Source: an uncultured delta proteobacterium (GTDB taxonomy: Bacteria; Myxococcota_A; Polyangia; Polyangiales; JAFGIB01). From it: 64,000 nt of DNA. Below are positions 19,951-30,337 of this stretch, one piece after another; the first letter of the stretch is position 1; each line of letters starts with the position of its first letter. Below the pieces are notes generated by a model, which saw only the letters and a list, made by a program, of their open reading frames with translations, made no database searches and was not told where the DNA came from. The stretch lies in the NCBI GenBank assembly GCA_963778655.1, contig CAVZVA010000010.1, forward strand, positions 1,344,001-1,408,000. The letters run 5' to 3'. Both the position numbers and the translations under genes were made by a program.

Positions 19951-20532
19951 CTACCGCTCGGACTCCTGCAGCGCTGCGAACATGTTCTGCAGCACGCGGT
20001 AAGTCAGCCCCCAGACCACGCGCTCGCCCACCTCGTAGCCGGGCAAGCGCACGCGCCGGCCGTCGCGCACCAGCTCCTTGACCACGTCGACCTCGCCGCG
20101 TGCCATCGGCCCCAGCGGCGCCCACAGCACCTCCGCCACCTCGTGATTGGGTCGCAGCTCTGCCGCCGAGCGCAGCGCGAACACGAACGGCGCGATCACC
20201 ATCCCGGTGGACGCGGCCGGGTGCTCGTCGAGCGCACCCAACAGCTCGTGGCGGCCGAGATCGAGCCCGACCTCCTCCCGCGTCTCGCGGCGTGCGGTCG
20301 CCAGCAGATCCGGGTCGCTCGGCTCGAGATGGCCGCCGGGCAGCGCCATGTGACCGGACCACGGGTCACCCTCACGCTCGGCGCGCCGTATCAACAGCAG
20401 CTCCACCTCGTGCTGCGCGGGACGCAAGATGGCCGAGACCGCCGCCCTGCGCGTGGCCTCGCCGCTGAAGCGCTGGGGCGTGTGCTGCGAGAGGCGCGTG
20501 CGGATGGTTTGCAGCTCGAGCTCTGCGGTCAC
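19951..20532 (-). CDS. Nudix hydrolase, CoA pyrophosphatase-like
   Basis: LLIRRA...PWSGHMALPGG...ARRETREEVGL...VWGLT; start chosen at GTG 20532. Confidence 0.85.
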   Translation of the reverse strand: MTAELELQTIRTRLSQHTPQRFSGEATRRAAVSAILRPAQHEVELLLIRRAEREGDPWSGHMALPGGHLEPSDPDLLATARRETREEVGLDLGRHELLGALDEHPAASTGMVIAPFVFALRSAAELRPNHEVAEVLWAPLGPMARGEVDVVKELVRDGRRVRLPGYEVGERVVWGLTYRVLQNMFAALQESER

Positions 20533-20637
20533 GCCGACCCGGTAGCGCCATCGGGCCGCGGGGTCAACCTGCACGGCGGCGTGGCCGGAGCCGTCGCGCT
20601 CTGCTAGCGTCACGTTTTCTCAACCCACGACTCTGCC

Positions 20638-21615
20638 ATGACCATCGACACCGAAATCCTCAAGCGAGGCCTGTCTCTAACGCTGTCACGCACCGAGCTC
20701 GGCTGGCTCGGCAGGCGTTACGAGGGCAAGGTCCGCGACAACTACAGCACCGCGGACGGCCGCCGCGTGATCGTGGTCACCGACCGCGTCAGCGCCTTCG
20801 ATCGCGTGCTCGGCACGCTGCCGTTCAAGGGCCAGGTGCTCAACCGCCTGGCTGCCTACTGGTTCGAGCGCACCGCGTCGCTGGTGCCCAACCATATGCT
20901 CTCCGTCCCCGACCCCAACGCCATGGAGTGCCTGGAGTGCGAGCCGCTGCCGGTGGAGATGGTGGTGCGCGGCTACCTGACCGGCGTCAGCTCCACCAGC
21001 ATCCTGACCGCGTACCAGCGCGGCGAGCGCGAGTTCTGCGGCCACCGCCTGCCCGAAGGCCTGCGCCCCCACCAGCGCCTGCCCGAGCCGCTGCTCACGC
21101 CTACCACCAAGGCAGCGCACGGGGCCCACGACGAGAACGTCTCGCGCGAGCAGCTGCTGCAGAGCAGCGCGCTCGACGCGGACGACTTCGACCGCGCCGC
21201 CTCGCACGCGATGGCGCTGTTCGCGCTCGGCCAGAAGCTGTGCGCCGAGCGCGGCCTGATCCTGGTCGACACCAAGTACGAGCTGGGCAAGACCAAGGAC
21301 GGCCGCATCGTGTTGATCGACGAGATCCACACCCCGGATTCGTCACGCTTCTGGTTTGCGGAGAGCTACGAGCAACGCATGCGCGCGGGCGAGACGCCCG
21401 AATCCTTCGACAAGGAGTACCTGCGACGCTGGCTGGCGGCGCAGGGCTTCCGCGGCGACGGGCCGATCCCGGCGATTCCCGACGAGGTGCGGCTGGAATC
21501 CGCGCGCCGCTACATCGAGGCCTGCGAGGCCGTGCAGGGCACGCCGTTCGTGCCCGATCTCGAGCCGCCGGCCGAGCGCATCGAGCGCAACCTGCGCGCC
21601 AAGGTGCGGCCGTGA
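20638..21615 (+). CDS. purC: SAICAR synthase
   Basis: [49 protein letters not shown]. Confidence 0.96.
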   Translation: MTIDTEILKRGLSLTLSRTELGWLGRRYEGKVRDNYSTADGRRVIVVTDRVSAFDRVLGTLPFKGQVLNRLAAYWFERTASLVPNHMLSVPDPNAMECLECEPLPVEMVVRGYLTGVSSTSILTAYQRGEREFCGHRLPEGLRPHQRLPEPLLTPTTKAAHGAHDENVSREQLLQSSALDADDFDRAASHAMALFALGQKLCAERGLILVDTKYELGKTKDGRIVLIDEIHTPDSSRFWFAESYEQRMRAGETPESFDKEYLRRWLAAQGFRGDGPIPAIPDEVRLESARRYIEACEAVQGTPFVPDLEPPAERIERNLRAKVRP

Positions 21616-21670
21616 TGCGCCCCCCCGGGCGCCGGCCGCGGGCGGCTCACACCCGCGCCTGGGGGCGCTG

Positions 21671-21895
21671 ATGCGCTCCCTCGTGCCCCCCCCAGCGCCC
21701 GCGTTGCGGCCCCAGCGCCCGCAGCTGCGCGAAGGGCTGCTGCTGCTCGGCTTTCTGCTGGTGCTGGCCGCGGCGGTGATGACGGTCGTGATTCCCGAGC
21801 TGTCGAAGGAGCCGGACGAGGGCGGGCCGAGCACGCGCCCGGCCCCCGCCGCCCCGGTAGCGGCCGCCCCCGCGGCGCCGGCCGCCAAGCCATAA
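21671..21895 (+). CDS. Small single-TM hypothetical protein
   Basis: TM GLLLLGFLLVLAAAVMTVVIP with Pro/Ala tail; fills the gap after purC. Confidence 0.5.
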   Translation: MRSLVPPPAPALRPQRPQLREGLLLLGFLLVLAAAVMTVVIPELSKEPDEGGPSTRPAPAAPVAAAPAAPAAKP

Positions 21896-22030
21896 TCGGG
21901 CCTGGCGCCCCCCAAAGCCCTCAACTCACCGACTGGTGAGCATTTTTCCGCGGCTAAAGACGTTCCATCGCTACGTTGTTTTGCGGGCGGGGGCGTCCTG
22001 CGGCAACATGGATCGGGTGGTGTAAATCGG

Positions 22031-24670
22031 GTGCGCAGAGTAGTCACGCTGAGCTGTCTGTGGATCGCGTGGGCGAGCGCGGGGACCGCGCGCGCCTTCG
22101 GGCCGACGCCGATGTGCGCCCTGCCGCTGCCCGAGGAGCCCTCCCCGCCGGTGTGCGGGCCGGCCCAGCTCGTGCCGGCGCCGCCCGTGCTGTGTCTGGC
22201 CGGACTGCCCGAGCCCCAGGCACTGGGCGGTGGCGCGGTCTCTAGCGGCGCGGCCGACATCGAAGCGGCACGCGTCGCGATGCGGCAGGCCGAAGCTCTT
22301 GCCGATGCGGGCAAGCTCGGCGATTCGATGCTTCAGCTGCGCGTGGTCGAGCGCCTGATGCCGCGCGTCGCAGATCGCATTGCGCTGCGCCGCGGTGAGC
22401 TGCTGCGCCGGCTGTCGATGCCCGAGCAGGCGTGCGATGCGTTCGCGCTGGCCGCCGCCAGCCCCGACCGGGGGATCACGGCGCGCGCGCAAATCGACGG
22501 GGTCCGCTGTCTGCTGCAGGCCGGCAACCGCAAGGGCGAGCGCGCGTTCGAGCGCCTGCTGCGCCGCTACCCCCACCTGACCGAGCGCCAGGGCCTGAGC
22601 TACGAGCTCGCCCTCGCGCGCGAGGGTTGGGGTCGGGTGAGCTCGGCCGTCGCGCTGCTGCGCAGGATCGACCTCGACGATCCCGCGAGCGCGGTCGCAC
22701 GGAGCGCGCGCGAGGAGCTCGCGCGCCTGCAGTCCCAGGGCGTCAAGGTGGCGCCGTATTCGGCCCCCGAGCGCGTCGCCCGGGCCGAGCACATGCTCTA
22801 CGACGGGCCGTTCGATCAGGCTACTGCCGAAGTGGACGCGCTGTTGCAGGACCACCACCTGAGCGCGGAGCTGCGCGCCAAGGTGTTGCAGCTCTCGGCG
22901 CGTATCGCGCGGCTGCAGGGCCGCTGGGACGCAGCCCGCGACGACGCCCGGCGCGCCGAGGCGGGCGGCGCGCCTGCGGCCACCGAGGCCACGCCGGCGC
23001 AAGCCGACGAGCAGGAGCGCGAAGCGGCCGAGCGCCGCATCCGCGCGCTGCGCTCCGGCCGCAGCATCGCGCACCTGCGCAACGCGCAGCTGCTGCGCGT
23101 GTTCGACGTCGCGGTCGAGCATGGGCTGCAGAGCGAATGCGACGAGGCGCTCGACGCCATGCGTACCCGCCGCCACCTGGGCTCGGCGCTGCGCTTCAAT
23201 GCCGCGATCCACGCCACGGGCGTGGCCTCCGACGACAAGATCGCCCGGCTGCTCGAGACCCTGCTCGACGTGCCTCGCTACCGCGTGTCTGCGCGCTACC
23301 ACTACGCGCGCGCGCTCGAACGCATGGGGCGGCAGGGCGAGGCCGAAGCCCAGTATCTGCAGGTGATCGGCGCCGAGCGCGGGAGGAGCCCGTACTACTC
23401 CATGTGGGCCGACCTGCGGCTGTGGACGATTCAGAGCCAGAGCCGCGAGAGCTGCTTGCCGCCGGCCACGGCCGCATCGTTGCGGGCGAGCGCCGGCGCG
23501 GCCAGGTCGAGCGGCGCGCTGACCAAGCAGCTGGTCGCGACCCCGGCCGACGCCAGCGCGAGCGCCGCCAAGTGGATCTCGCCCGCCGACGCCGGCGACG
23601 CGCCGGATGCCGCTCTTAGCCCCGCCATGTCGCTGCTCGGCGCCATCTTCGACGGCGCCGCGCCCACGCCGCAGCGGCGCGTGCGGCCCTTGCCGATCGC
23701 TCGGGGCCCGCTGCCAGCCACGACCTCGCTGGCGCCGCCCGAGCGCCTGGACGACGCCGGCCGCGCGGCGCCGGCGCCGGGCCCCGCGCAGCTGCGGCAG
23801 CGCGTGCTCGCGTTGCTCGAGCCGCTTGCCGAGCAATACGGCGAGGCCTACCCGTGGTTGCTGCGGGCCGAAGACCTGGTGCAGCTGGAGCTGTTCGACG
23901 AGGCCGCCGACGAGATCAACGAGGCCTACCTGGCTTACCGCGATGCCAGCGGCGCGCTGCGACTGCGCTCGGGCTTGGTCGCGCTGTGGACCGGCAGCGC
24001 CCCGCCCCGCCGGCCGATGACCTATGCCGTGCGCCGGGCGCGACGCGCGCTCGACCGCCCCGCGCGCCGGAGCCTGGGCAACATCGCCGCCATGCTGGGC
24101 GACCCGGGCGTGGGCGTGCGCTTCGGCGGCGACCGCCTCGACGCCCGCCCGCGCGCCTACGCCGACCTGGTGGAGAGCGCCGCGCACAAGTACGGGCTCG
24201 ACCCGAACCTTTTGTTCGCGGTGATGCGGGTCGAGTCGATCTACAACCGCCGCATCGTCTCGAACGCGGGTGCCGTGGGACTGATGCAGATCATGCCCGC
24301 TACCGGCGAGCGCATCGCGCGCCAGCTCGGCGTGTCGGACTTCGACCCGGTCGACCTGCTCGATCCGCGGCGCAACCTCGAGTTCTCGGCCTGGTACCTG
24401 GCATCGCTGCTGCAGCGCTTCGACGGGCGGCTGCCGCTGGCGATCGCGTCGTACAACGGCGGGCCGCACAACGTGCGGCTGTGGCTGCGCGCGAGCCCCA
24501 GTCACATGCCGCTCGACGCCTTTCTCGAGCGCATTCCTTTCAGCCAGACCCACGAATACGTGCGGCGGGTGCTGGTCTACTACTCGCAGTATCGAGCTCA
24601 ACAGAACCTGCCGATGACGCGGCTCTCGGTCGAGCTGCCCGAGCAGCGACCCGACCCACTGGCCTTCTGA
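22031..24670 (+). CDS. slt: Soluble lytic murein transglycosylase (Slt-type)
   Basis: Signal peptide, helical repeats, C-terminal MRVES...AGAVGLMQIMP...SYNGG...ERIPF...YVRRV. Confidence 0.88.
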   Translation: MRRVVTLSCLWIAWASAGTARAFGPTPMCALPLPEEPSPPVCGPAQLVPAPPVLCLAGLPEPQALGGGAVSSGAADIEAARVAMRQAEALADAGKLGDSMLQLRVVERLMPRVADRIALRRGELLRRLSMPEQACDAFALAAASPDRGITARAQIDGVRCLLQAGNRKGERAFERLLRRYPHLTERQGLSYELALAREGWGRVSSAVALLRRIDLDDPASAVARSAREELARLQSQGVKVAPYSAPERVARAEHMLYDGPFDQATAEVDALLQDHHLSAELRAKVLQLSARIARLQGRWDAARDDARRAEAGGAPAATEATPAQADEQEREAAERRIRALRSGRSIAHLRNAQLLRVFDVAVEHGLQSECDEALDAMRTRRHLGSALRFNAAIHATGVASDDKIARLLETLLDVPRYRVSARYHYARALERMGRQGEAEAQYLQVIGAERGRSPYYSMWADLRLWTIQSQSRESCLPPATAASLRASAGAARSSGALTKQLVATPADASASAAKWISPADAGDAPDAALSPAMSLLGAIFDGAAPTPQRRVRPLPIARGPLPATTSLAPPERLDDAGRAAPAPGPAQLRQRVLALLEPLAEQYGEAYPWLLRAEDLVQLELFDEAADEINEAYLAYRDASGALRLRSGLVALWTGSAPPRRPMTYAVRRARRALDRPARRSLGNIAAMLGDPGVGVRFGGDRLDARPRAYADLVESAAHKYGLDPNLLFAVMRVESIYNRRIVSNAGAVGLMQIMPATGERIARQLGVSDFDPVDLLDPRRNLEFSAWYLASLLQRFDGRLPLAIASYNGGPHNVRLWLRASPSHMPLDAFLERIPFSQTHEYVRRVLVYYSQYRAQQNLPMTRLSVELPEQRPDPLAF

Positions 24671-24743
24671 GCCCGAGCACGCGGCGGGGAAATCGCGGTT
24701 GCCTGCGGTCCGCTGCGGGTCAGCGCGGCCCCCCGTGCCCAGA

Positions 24744-24796
24744 AACAGCAAGGCGGGAAGACGGAGAGTCTCTCTGGTGCTCTTCCCGTCTTGCTG
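24744..24796. repeat. Dispersed palindromic repeat (family A), copy 3
   Basis: AACAGCAAGGCGGGAAGACGG...CTTCCCGTCTTGCTG between slt and pntA. Confidence 0.7.
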
Positions 24797-24875
24797 CAAA
24801 CCGGATCGACCCAACCCCACGGCGCCGCCGCAGCCCGACATTGCGGCATGCCCGAAAACGGGTATACAGGCGGCC

Positions 24876-26033
24876 ATGTCAGCCAAGCTCTTCGTCCCCA
24901 GGGAGCATGCACCGGGCGAGACCCGGGTCGCGGCCACCCCCGACACGGTCAAGCGTCTGATCAAAGCCGGCTTCGAGGTCGCGGTCGAGGCGGGCGCCGG
25001 CCAGGCCGCACACATCGCCGACAAGGCGTTCGTGGACGCCGGTGCCAGTATCAGCACCGACCCCAGGAGCGCGTGGTCGAGCGCGGACGTGATCATCAAG
25101 ATCGGCCCGCCCGCGCACAGCTCGAGCCTGGGCGTGCACGAGGCCAGCCTGCTCAAGGAGGGCGCGATCTTGGTCGCCCACGTCTGGGCGCACAAGAACC
25201 TGCCCGTGGTCAAGCTGCTGCGCGAGCGCAAGGTGAGCTGTCTAGCGCTCGAGCTGCTGCCGCGCATCAGCCGCGCGCAGAGCATGGATACGTTGTCGTC
25301 GCAGGCCAATATCGCCGGCTACAAGGCGGTGGTGCTGGCGGCCGCGCGCCTGGGCAAGTACTTCCCGCTGCTGATGACCGCCGCGGGCACGATTCAGCCG
25401 GCCAAGGTCGTGATCATGGGCGCCGGCGTGGCGGGCCTGCAGGCGATCGCGACCGCGCGGCGGCTGGGCGCCCTGGTCGAGGTCAGCGACATCAGGCCCG
25501 AGGTCAAGGAGCAAGTCGCCTCGCTGGGCGGGAGGTTCATCGATCTCCCGATGGCGGAGAGCGGCAGTGGCGAGGGCGGTTATGCCAAGGAGGTCAGCAG
25601 CGACTTCCTGCAGAAGCAGCAGGCCATCATCGCGGCCAAGGTCGCGGCCGCGGACGTCGTGATCACCACGGCCCAGGTGCCCGGCCGGCCCGCGCCGCGT
25701 CTGATCACCGCGGACATGGTGCGCGCCATGCGCGAGGGCTCGGTGATCGTCGACCTGGCTGCCGACTCGGGCGGCAACTGCGAGCTGACCGAGAACGGCA
25801 AAGAAGTGCAAAAGCACGGCGTGCTGATCCTCGGCTATTCCGACCTACCCGCGAGCATGCCGCAGGACGCCAGCGCGCTGTTCGCGCGCAACGTGGTCGC
25901 GCTGCTCGCCCTGGTGATGGGCAAGGAAGGGCTCAAGCTCGACCTCGGCGACGAGATCATCGCCGGCGCCCTGCTCACCCACCAGGGTGAGGTCGTGCAC
26001 AAGCGCACCGCCGAGGCGCTCGCCGCGAGCTGA
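24876..26033 (+). CDS. pntA: NAD(P) transhydrogenase alpha subunit, soluble domain I (PntAA)
   Basis: GETRVAATP, RISRAQSMDTLSSQANIAGYKAV, GAGVAG, GGYAKE, DLAADSGGNC; no TM segment. Confidence 0.92.
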   Translation: MSAKLFVPREHAPGETRVAATPDTVKRLIKAGFEVAVEAGAGQAAHIADKAFVDAGASISTDPRSAWSSADVIIKIGPPAHSSSLGVHEASLLKEGAILVAHVWAHKNLPVVKLLRERKVSCLALELLPRISRAQSMDTLSSQANIAGYKAVVLAAARLGKYFPLLMTAAGTIQPAKVVIMGAGVAGLQAIATARRLGALVEVSDIRPEVKEQVASLGGRFIDLPMAESGSGEGGYAKEVSSDFLQKQQAIIAAKVAAADVVITTAQVPGRPAPRLITADMVRAMREGSVIVDLAADSGGNCELTENGKEVQKHGVLILGYSDLPASMPQDASALFARNVVALLALVMGKEGLKLDLGDEIIAGALLTHQGEVVHKRTAEALAAS

Positions 26034-26166
26034 CTCTCGGGCCGCAGGGCCGTGTGACCTGCGGCCGCGTGATCAACCCAGAGGGAGCGGATCGACCCGC
26101 GCGGGAAGGGCTCACAGACCCCGACCGCTCTGCTGGCGGCCCGCGATCCTTGCTCTAGGCGGAGCG

Positions 26167-28002
26167 CTAGAAGTGCTGGGTGAAGCTGACTGAAGCCACG
26201 TCCAGATTGTAGTAGTAGCTGCCGGCGTTGACGAAGTCGGGGCCCGGCATCGTGAGCGAGCGCGTGACGTCGCCGTTTGGGATCTCGACGCCGGCGGTGC
26301 CGTCGAAGCCGTTGCGCTGATCGGCGCCCGTGCCGTCGGCGCCCACCACACCCAGACCGGGCTGGAAGTGATCCTCCGCGGTCTTGTACTTCTTCGGGTA
26401 GGGGCTGTTGGTGTAGTTCTCGTTGACCTGCAGGCGGACCTTGCGCTGGATGAAGTGCGCCCAAGCGAACGAGATGTCGGTCTTGTCGGCCACGCGCAGG
26501 GTGAAGCCCCCGTGGATGCCGATGCGGCGCAGCATGTAGTCCATCACGTTGAGGAAGTCGATCTTCTGCCCGTCGGTCTCGTACGAAACGCCCGCGCGCA
26601 CCGCGAACAGCCCGGGCAGCACGTTGTAGTCGCCACCCAGACGCGCCGAGATCTGGTTCTTGCCCCCAAAGTTCGTGCGCACGATGCGCTCGCCGGCGCA
26701 CTGCTTGGTCATCGGATCGACCGGCTGGATGCAGCGGCCGACCGAGAAGAAGGACTCTGAGGTGACGCCGGCGGAGTCGATGCTTCGCAGCACGGAGTTT
26801 GCGCTCTGCGTGGTGAAGCCCTGATAGTCGTACGCCGAGTTGAAGTAGTAGATGGCGTCGGCCTCCACGTCCCAGCGCTCGGTCAGCATGTGGTCCTCGA
26901 CCGTGCGTCCGGCCGCCTCATGGGCCTTCGCCCGGTCCTTCGGCTCCGGCTTGAGGCGCTGCGCATAGCGCAGGCCGAGCGAGAGCTGCGGCACCCAGAT
27001 CGGCGGCGAGTTGACGATGCCGGTCTGGTTGTTGAGGGTGGTCGGGATGGTGCTACCGACCTTGTGCATCTGGCCCATCGCGTCCACGTAATCGAAGACC
27101 TGGCCCGTGCCGAACACGCCGGAGGTGATGTCGAGCTTAGCCTTGCTCACGACGCGATCGGACCACTTGAATCCGATCGCGATGTCGAGCGCATCGATCG
27201 GCTTGAGATCGACCGACGCGATCACGCCGGGGATGAACAGGTCGCGGCCGAAGACGTCGGTGCGGACGTCCTTGCGCGGGTCGTATGCGCCGGCCAGCGC
27301 TTGCGTCCAGTTGGACGCCTCGAACGCCGCGACGTTCCATTGGAAGCCGGCGCCGACGCGGATCCACGGAGCGATGCGATAGCCGATCGCGCCGAGCAGC
27401 GAGAAGAACGACACGTTCAGGTGCGAGCGGTAGTAGCGCAGGGGGTTGGGCCGCAAGCCTTCGGGCGTGTCGATGGTTCCGTCCCGATTGCCCCACTGGT
27501 TGATCTCGGCGGTGTCGGGTGGAAAGAAGCCGAGCCCCACGCCGAGGTCAGGGCTGAGCTTCATCGTTAGCCCGATCTGCGGCAGGAAGATCGCACCGCC
27601 CCGATAGCACACGTTCGGATACGGCTGATCGGAGTACCCGACCAGCGGCTTGCCGTTGAGGTCCTTGTCGCCCGACTGCGCCTGCATGTAGACCGGGCCC
27701 TGGCCGAAGTCGCTGACGTCGTCGCCGGTGACGCGCAGGCCGTAGGCGCCGGTCGGCTGAAAGCAAGCTCTCGGCAGCAGGAAGTGCGCGCCGATCAGCG
27801 CCTGGTTGTCCCACAGATCGGCGAGCAGAGCCGGGTTGCGAGTCATCAAGCTGGGGTCGTCCGCGCGCGCGAAGCCGGCTCCGCCGCGTCCGAGCGAACG
27901 GGTGCCGCCGGCGGGAAACTCCGGACCGCCCGCTCTGGCGATCTGCGGCCAGGCCACGAGCAACAATGGGAACAGCACGATCGCTAGAGCGCGAAGACGC
28001 AT
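26167..28002 (-). CDS. Outer-membrane beta-barrel, OmpP1/FadL/TodX-like
   Basis: Signal peptide, GTRSLGRGGAGFARADDPS..NPA hatch motif, C-terminal Phe. Confidence 0.75.
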   Translation of the reverse strand: MRLRALAIVLFPLLLVAWPQIARAGGPEFPAGGTRSLGRGGAGFARADDPSLMTRNPALLADLWDNQALIGAHFLLPRACFQPTGAYGLRVTGDDVSDFGQGPVYMQAQSGDKDLNGKPLVGYSDQPYPNVCYRGGAIFLPQIGLTMKLSPDLGVGLGFFPPDTAEINQWGNRDGTIDTPEGLRPNPLRYYRSHLNVSFFSLLGAIGYRIAPWIRVGAGFQWNVAAFEASNWTQALAGAYDPRKDVRTDVFGRDLFIPGVIASVDLKPIDALDIAIGFKWSDRVVSKAKLDITSGVFGTGQVFDYVDAMGQMHKVGSTIPTTLNNQTGIVNSPPIWVPQLSLGLRYAQRLKPEPKDRAKAHEAAGRTVEDHMLTERWDVEADAIYYFNSAYDYQGFTTQSANSVLRSIDSAGVTSESFFSVGRCIQPVDPMTKQCAGERIVRTNFGGKNQISARLGGDYNVLPGLFAVRAGVSYETDGQKIDFLNVMDYMLRRIGIHGGFTLRVADKTDISFAWAHFIQRKVRLQVNENYTNSPYPKKYKTAEDHFQPGLGVVGADGTGADQRNGFDGTAGVEIPNGDVTRSLTMPGPDFVNAGSYYYNLDVASVSFTQHF

Positions 28003-28214
28003 CGACCCTCCAAAAACGGGCGGAGCGTACTACCCTCGATGGCTCGTGGGAAGCCTTGAGCTAAAAGGGTAATGAGGGGTCGAATGGGGCAAGGGGCGCG
28101 AGTGGGTCCGCACCCGCCGGCACGCCGCCCGGTCGCGCGCCGACCGGCCCTTTTGTGCGCTGCATTGCAGGAGCGCCGCGGCGCCTTCGAATGGTCACGC
28201 TGCGACCGCCCGGG

Positions 28215-29594
28215 TCAGCCGAAGTGCTCGAAGGGCTCGCCGCCGCCCTCGTGGTGCTCCTCCAGGTTCTCGAAGCGGGTGTATTCCCGCTTGAAGATGC
28301 AGCGGACCGTGCCAGTCGGACCGGCGCGCTGCTTGCCGATGATCACCTCGGCGACGCCCTTGTCCGGGGACTCCGGGTTGTAGACCTCGTCGCGGTAGAT
28401 GAACAGGATGGTGTCGGCGTCCTGCTCGATCGCGCCCGACTCGCGCAGGTCCGAGAGCTGCGGCCGCTTGTCCTTGGTGCCGCGGGTCTCGACTCCCCGG
28501 TTGAGCTGCGAGAGCGCCATCACCGGCAGCGAAAGCTCCTTGGCCAGGGCCTTCAGGGAGCGGCTGATCTCGCTGATCTCCTGCTCCCGGCTCTCGGTGC
28601 GGGTACCCGAGCGCATCAGCTGCAGGTAGTCGACCACGACCAGCTCCAGGCCTTTTTCGGACTTCAGGCGCCGCGCCTTGGCCCGCAGCTCCATCATCGT
28701 CAGGCCTGGCGTGTCGTCCATCCAGAGCGGCAGCTCGCTCAGCTCGCCGGCCGCCCGCGTCAGCGGGGCCCAGTCGTCGCGGTTGAGTCGCCCGCTGCGC
28801 AGGCGGTTGCCGTCGACCCCGGCCTCGCTGCACAGCAGGCGGCGCGCCAGCTGCTCCTTGGGCATCTCCAGCGAGAACACCACCACCGGCGCCTGGCGCG
28901 CCCTGCACGCGTTGAGCGCGACGTTCAGCGCGAACGCCGTCTTGCCCATGCCCGGGCGGCCCGCGCAGATCACCAGATCGCCCGGGTGCATGCCGGCGGT
29001 GTACCAGTCGAGCAGCTTGAAGCCCGAAGGTAGCCCGGTGATGTGCTCCTTGCGCTCCGCAGCCTTCGTGATCTCCTCGAAGGTGCGCATCACCACTTCG
29101 TTGATGTGCTCGTACTTGCTGCGCAGCCGTTCCTTGGCCACCTCGAAGACGGCGCGCTCGGCCTCGTCGAGGAACTCGGCCATCGGCCCGTAGTCGCCGT
29201 AGCCGCGCGCCGCGGTCTCATAGCAGGCGTGGATCACACGCCGCACCACGGCCTTCTCTTGCACGATGCGCGCGTGAGCCTCGATGTTGGCCACGGTGGG
29301 AATGGTGTCGGTCAGCGCCAGCAGGTACTCGTCGCCGCCGGAGCGCTGCAGCTTGCCCGCGGTGACCAGGCGTTCGCGCAAGGTGATGGTATCGACCGGC
29401 TGGCCCTCGGCGAACAGCTCGAGCATCGCCTCGAATGCGATCGCGTGCGCGTCCTTGTAGAAGTCGCCCGGCCGCAGCGGCAGCTCGGTGACGACGTTGA
29501 GCGCGTCGTTTTCGAGCAAGATGCCGCCGAGCACTGCGCGCTCGGCATTCAAGTCGTGTGGGGGAACTCGACCGCTAGAGGGGCCATCCGCCAT
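28215..29594 (-). CDS. dnaB: Replicative DNA helicase
   Basis: PPHDLNAERAVLG, GRPGMGKT, VVDYLQLM, DLRESGAIEQDAD; no intein; start reset to 29594. Confidence 0.97.
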   Translation of the reverse strand: MADGPSSGRVPPHDLNAERAVLGGILLENDALNVVTELPLRPGDFYKDAHAIAFEAMLELFAEGQPVDTITLRERLVTAGKLQRSGGDEYLLALTDTIPTVANIEAHARIVQEKAVVRRVIHACYETAARGYGDYGPMAEFLDEAERAVFEVAKERLRSKYEHINEVVMRTFEEITKAAERKEHITGLPSGFKLLDWYTAGMHPGDLVICAGRPGMGKTAFALNVALNACRARQAPVVVFSLEMPKEQLARRLLCSEAGVDGNRLRSGRLNRDDWAPLTRAAGELSELPLWMDDTPGLTMMELRAKARRLKSEKGLELVVVDYLQLMRSGTRTESREQEISEISRSLKALAKELSLPVMALSQLNRGVETRGTKDKRPQLSDLRESGAIEQDADTILFIYRDEVYNPESPDKGVAEVIIGKQRAGPTGTVRCIFKREYTRFENLEEHHEGGGEPFEHFG

Positions 29595-29808
29595 GTCGCA
29601 ACGCTCGCCTCGCTGGGACCGCTGAACATGACACAGCCGGCGGCCGGAATCACCGCCTTTGTCGCTGCGGAGCAACGCGCCGCAACGCTGCCGCGCACCA
29701 CTTCTGCTCCACCTGTTCAGCGCCGTCTCGGCTGTGCGCCGTGACTCGCATCGCACGCACACGCTCCCACCGCGCGCCGCTTCCGCGATGCAGCGATCCC
29801 GACCATGC

Positions 29809-29877
29809 AACAGGAAGGCGAGAAGGCGGGAAGAACAACCCGTTCTTCGACTTCTCGACTTCCCGTCTTCCTGTGAA
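29809..29877. repeat. Dispersed palindromic repeat (family A), copy 4
   Basis: AACAGGAAGGCGAGAAGGCGGGAAG...CTTCTCGACTTCCCGTCTTCCTGTGAA, directly after the rplI stop. Confidence 0.8.
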
Positions 29878-29879
29878 TT

Positions 29880-30335
29880 CTAACCCGGCACGACCACCAG
29901 CTTGAAGCTGGCGTTGACCTCGTGCCCGAGCTTGGCCGTGATCTGGTACTCGCCGAGCGCCTTGATCGCGTCGGGGATCTGCAGCTTCTTGCGATCGATC
30001 TCGATACCCCGGCTCGCGAGCGCCAGCGCGATGTCGCGCGAGGTGACCGAGCCGTAGAGCCGATCGCCTTCGCCCACCTGCATCGGGATCTCGATCGTCA
30101 GGCCCTCGATCTGGGCGGCCGCGCCCTCGGCGAGCTTGTGCTGCTTTTCGGCCTGCGCGAGCGCGAGACGCTGCTCGTGCTCGATCTGCTTGATGTTCTC
30201 GCCGGTCGCGACCGCGGCCAGCCCTCGCGGCAGCAGGTAGTTGCGCGCGAAGCCGGGCTTGACCCGCACGAGCTGGCCTGCGCGGCCGACCTTGTCCACG
30301 TCCTGCTTGAGAACGACCTGTACGTGCATGGCCAT
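29880..30335 (-). CDS. rplI: 50S ribosomal protein L9
   Basis: VKPGFARNYLLP, LYGSVT, IKALGEY. Confidence 0.96.
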   Translation of the reverse strand: MAMHVQVVLKQDVDKVGRAGQLVRVKPGFARNYLLPRGLAAVATGENIKQIEHEQRLALAQAEKQHKLAEGAAAQIEGLTIEIPMQVGEGDRLYGSVTSRDIALALASRGIEIDRKKLQIPDAIKALGEYQITAKLGHEVNASFKLVVVPG

Positions 30336-30337
30336 AA

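Noticed and set aside
24876..26033. Alanine dehydrogenase
   Set aside because: RISRAQSMDTLSSQANIAGY and GGYAKE are transhydrogenase domain I signatures.
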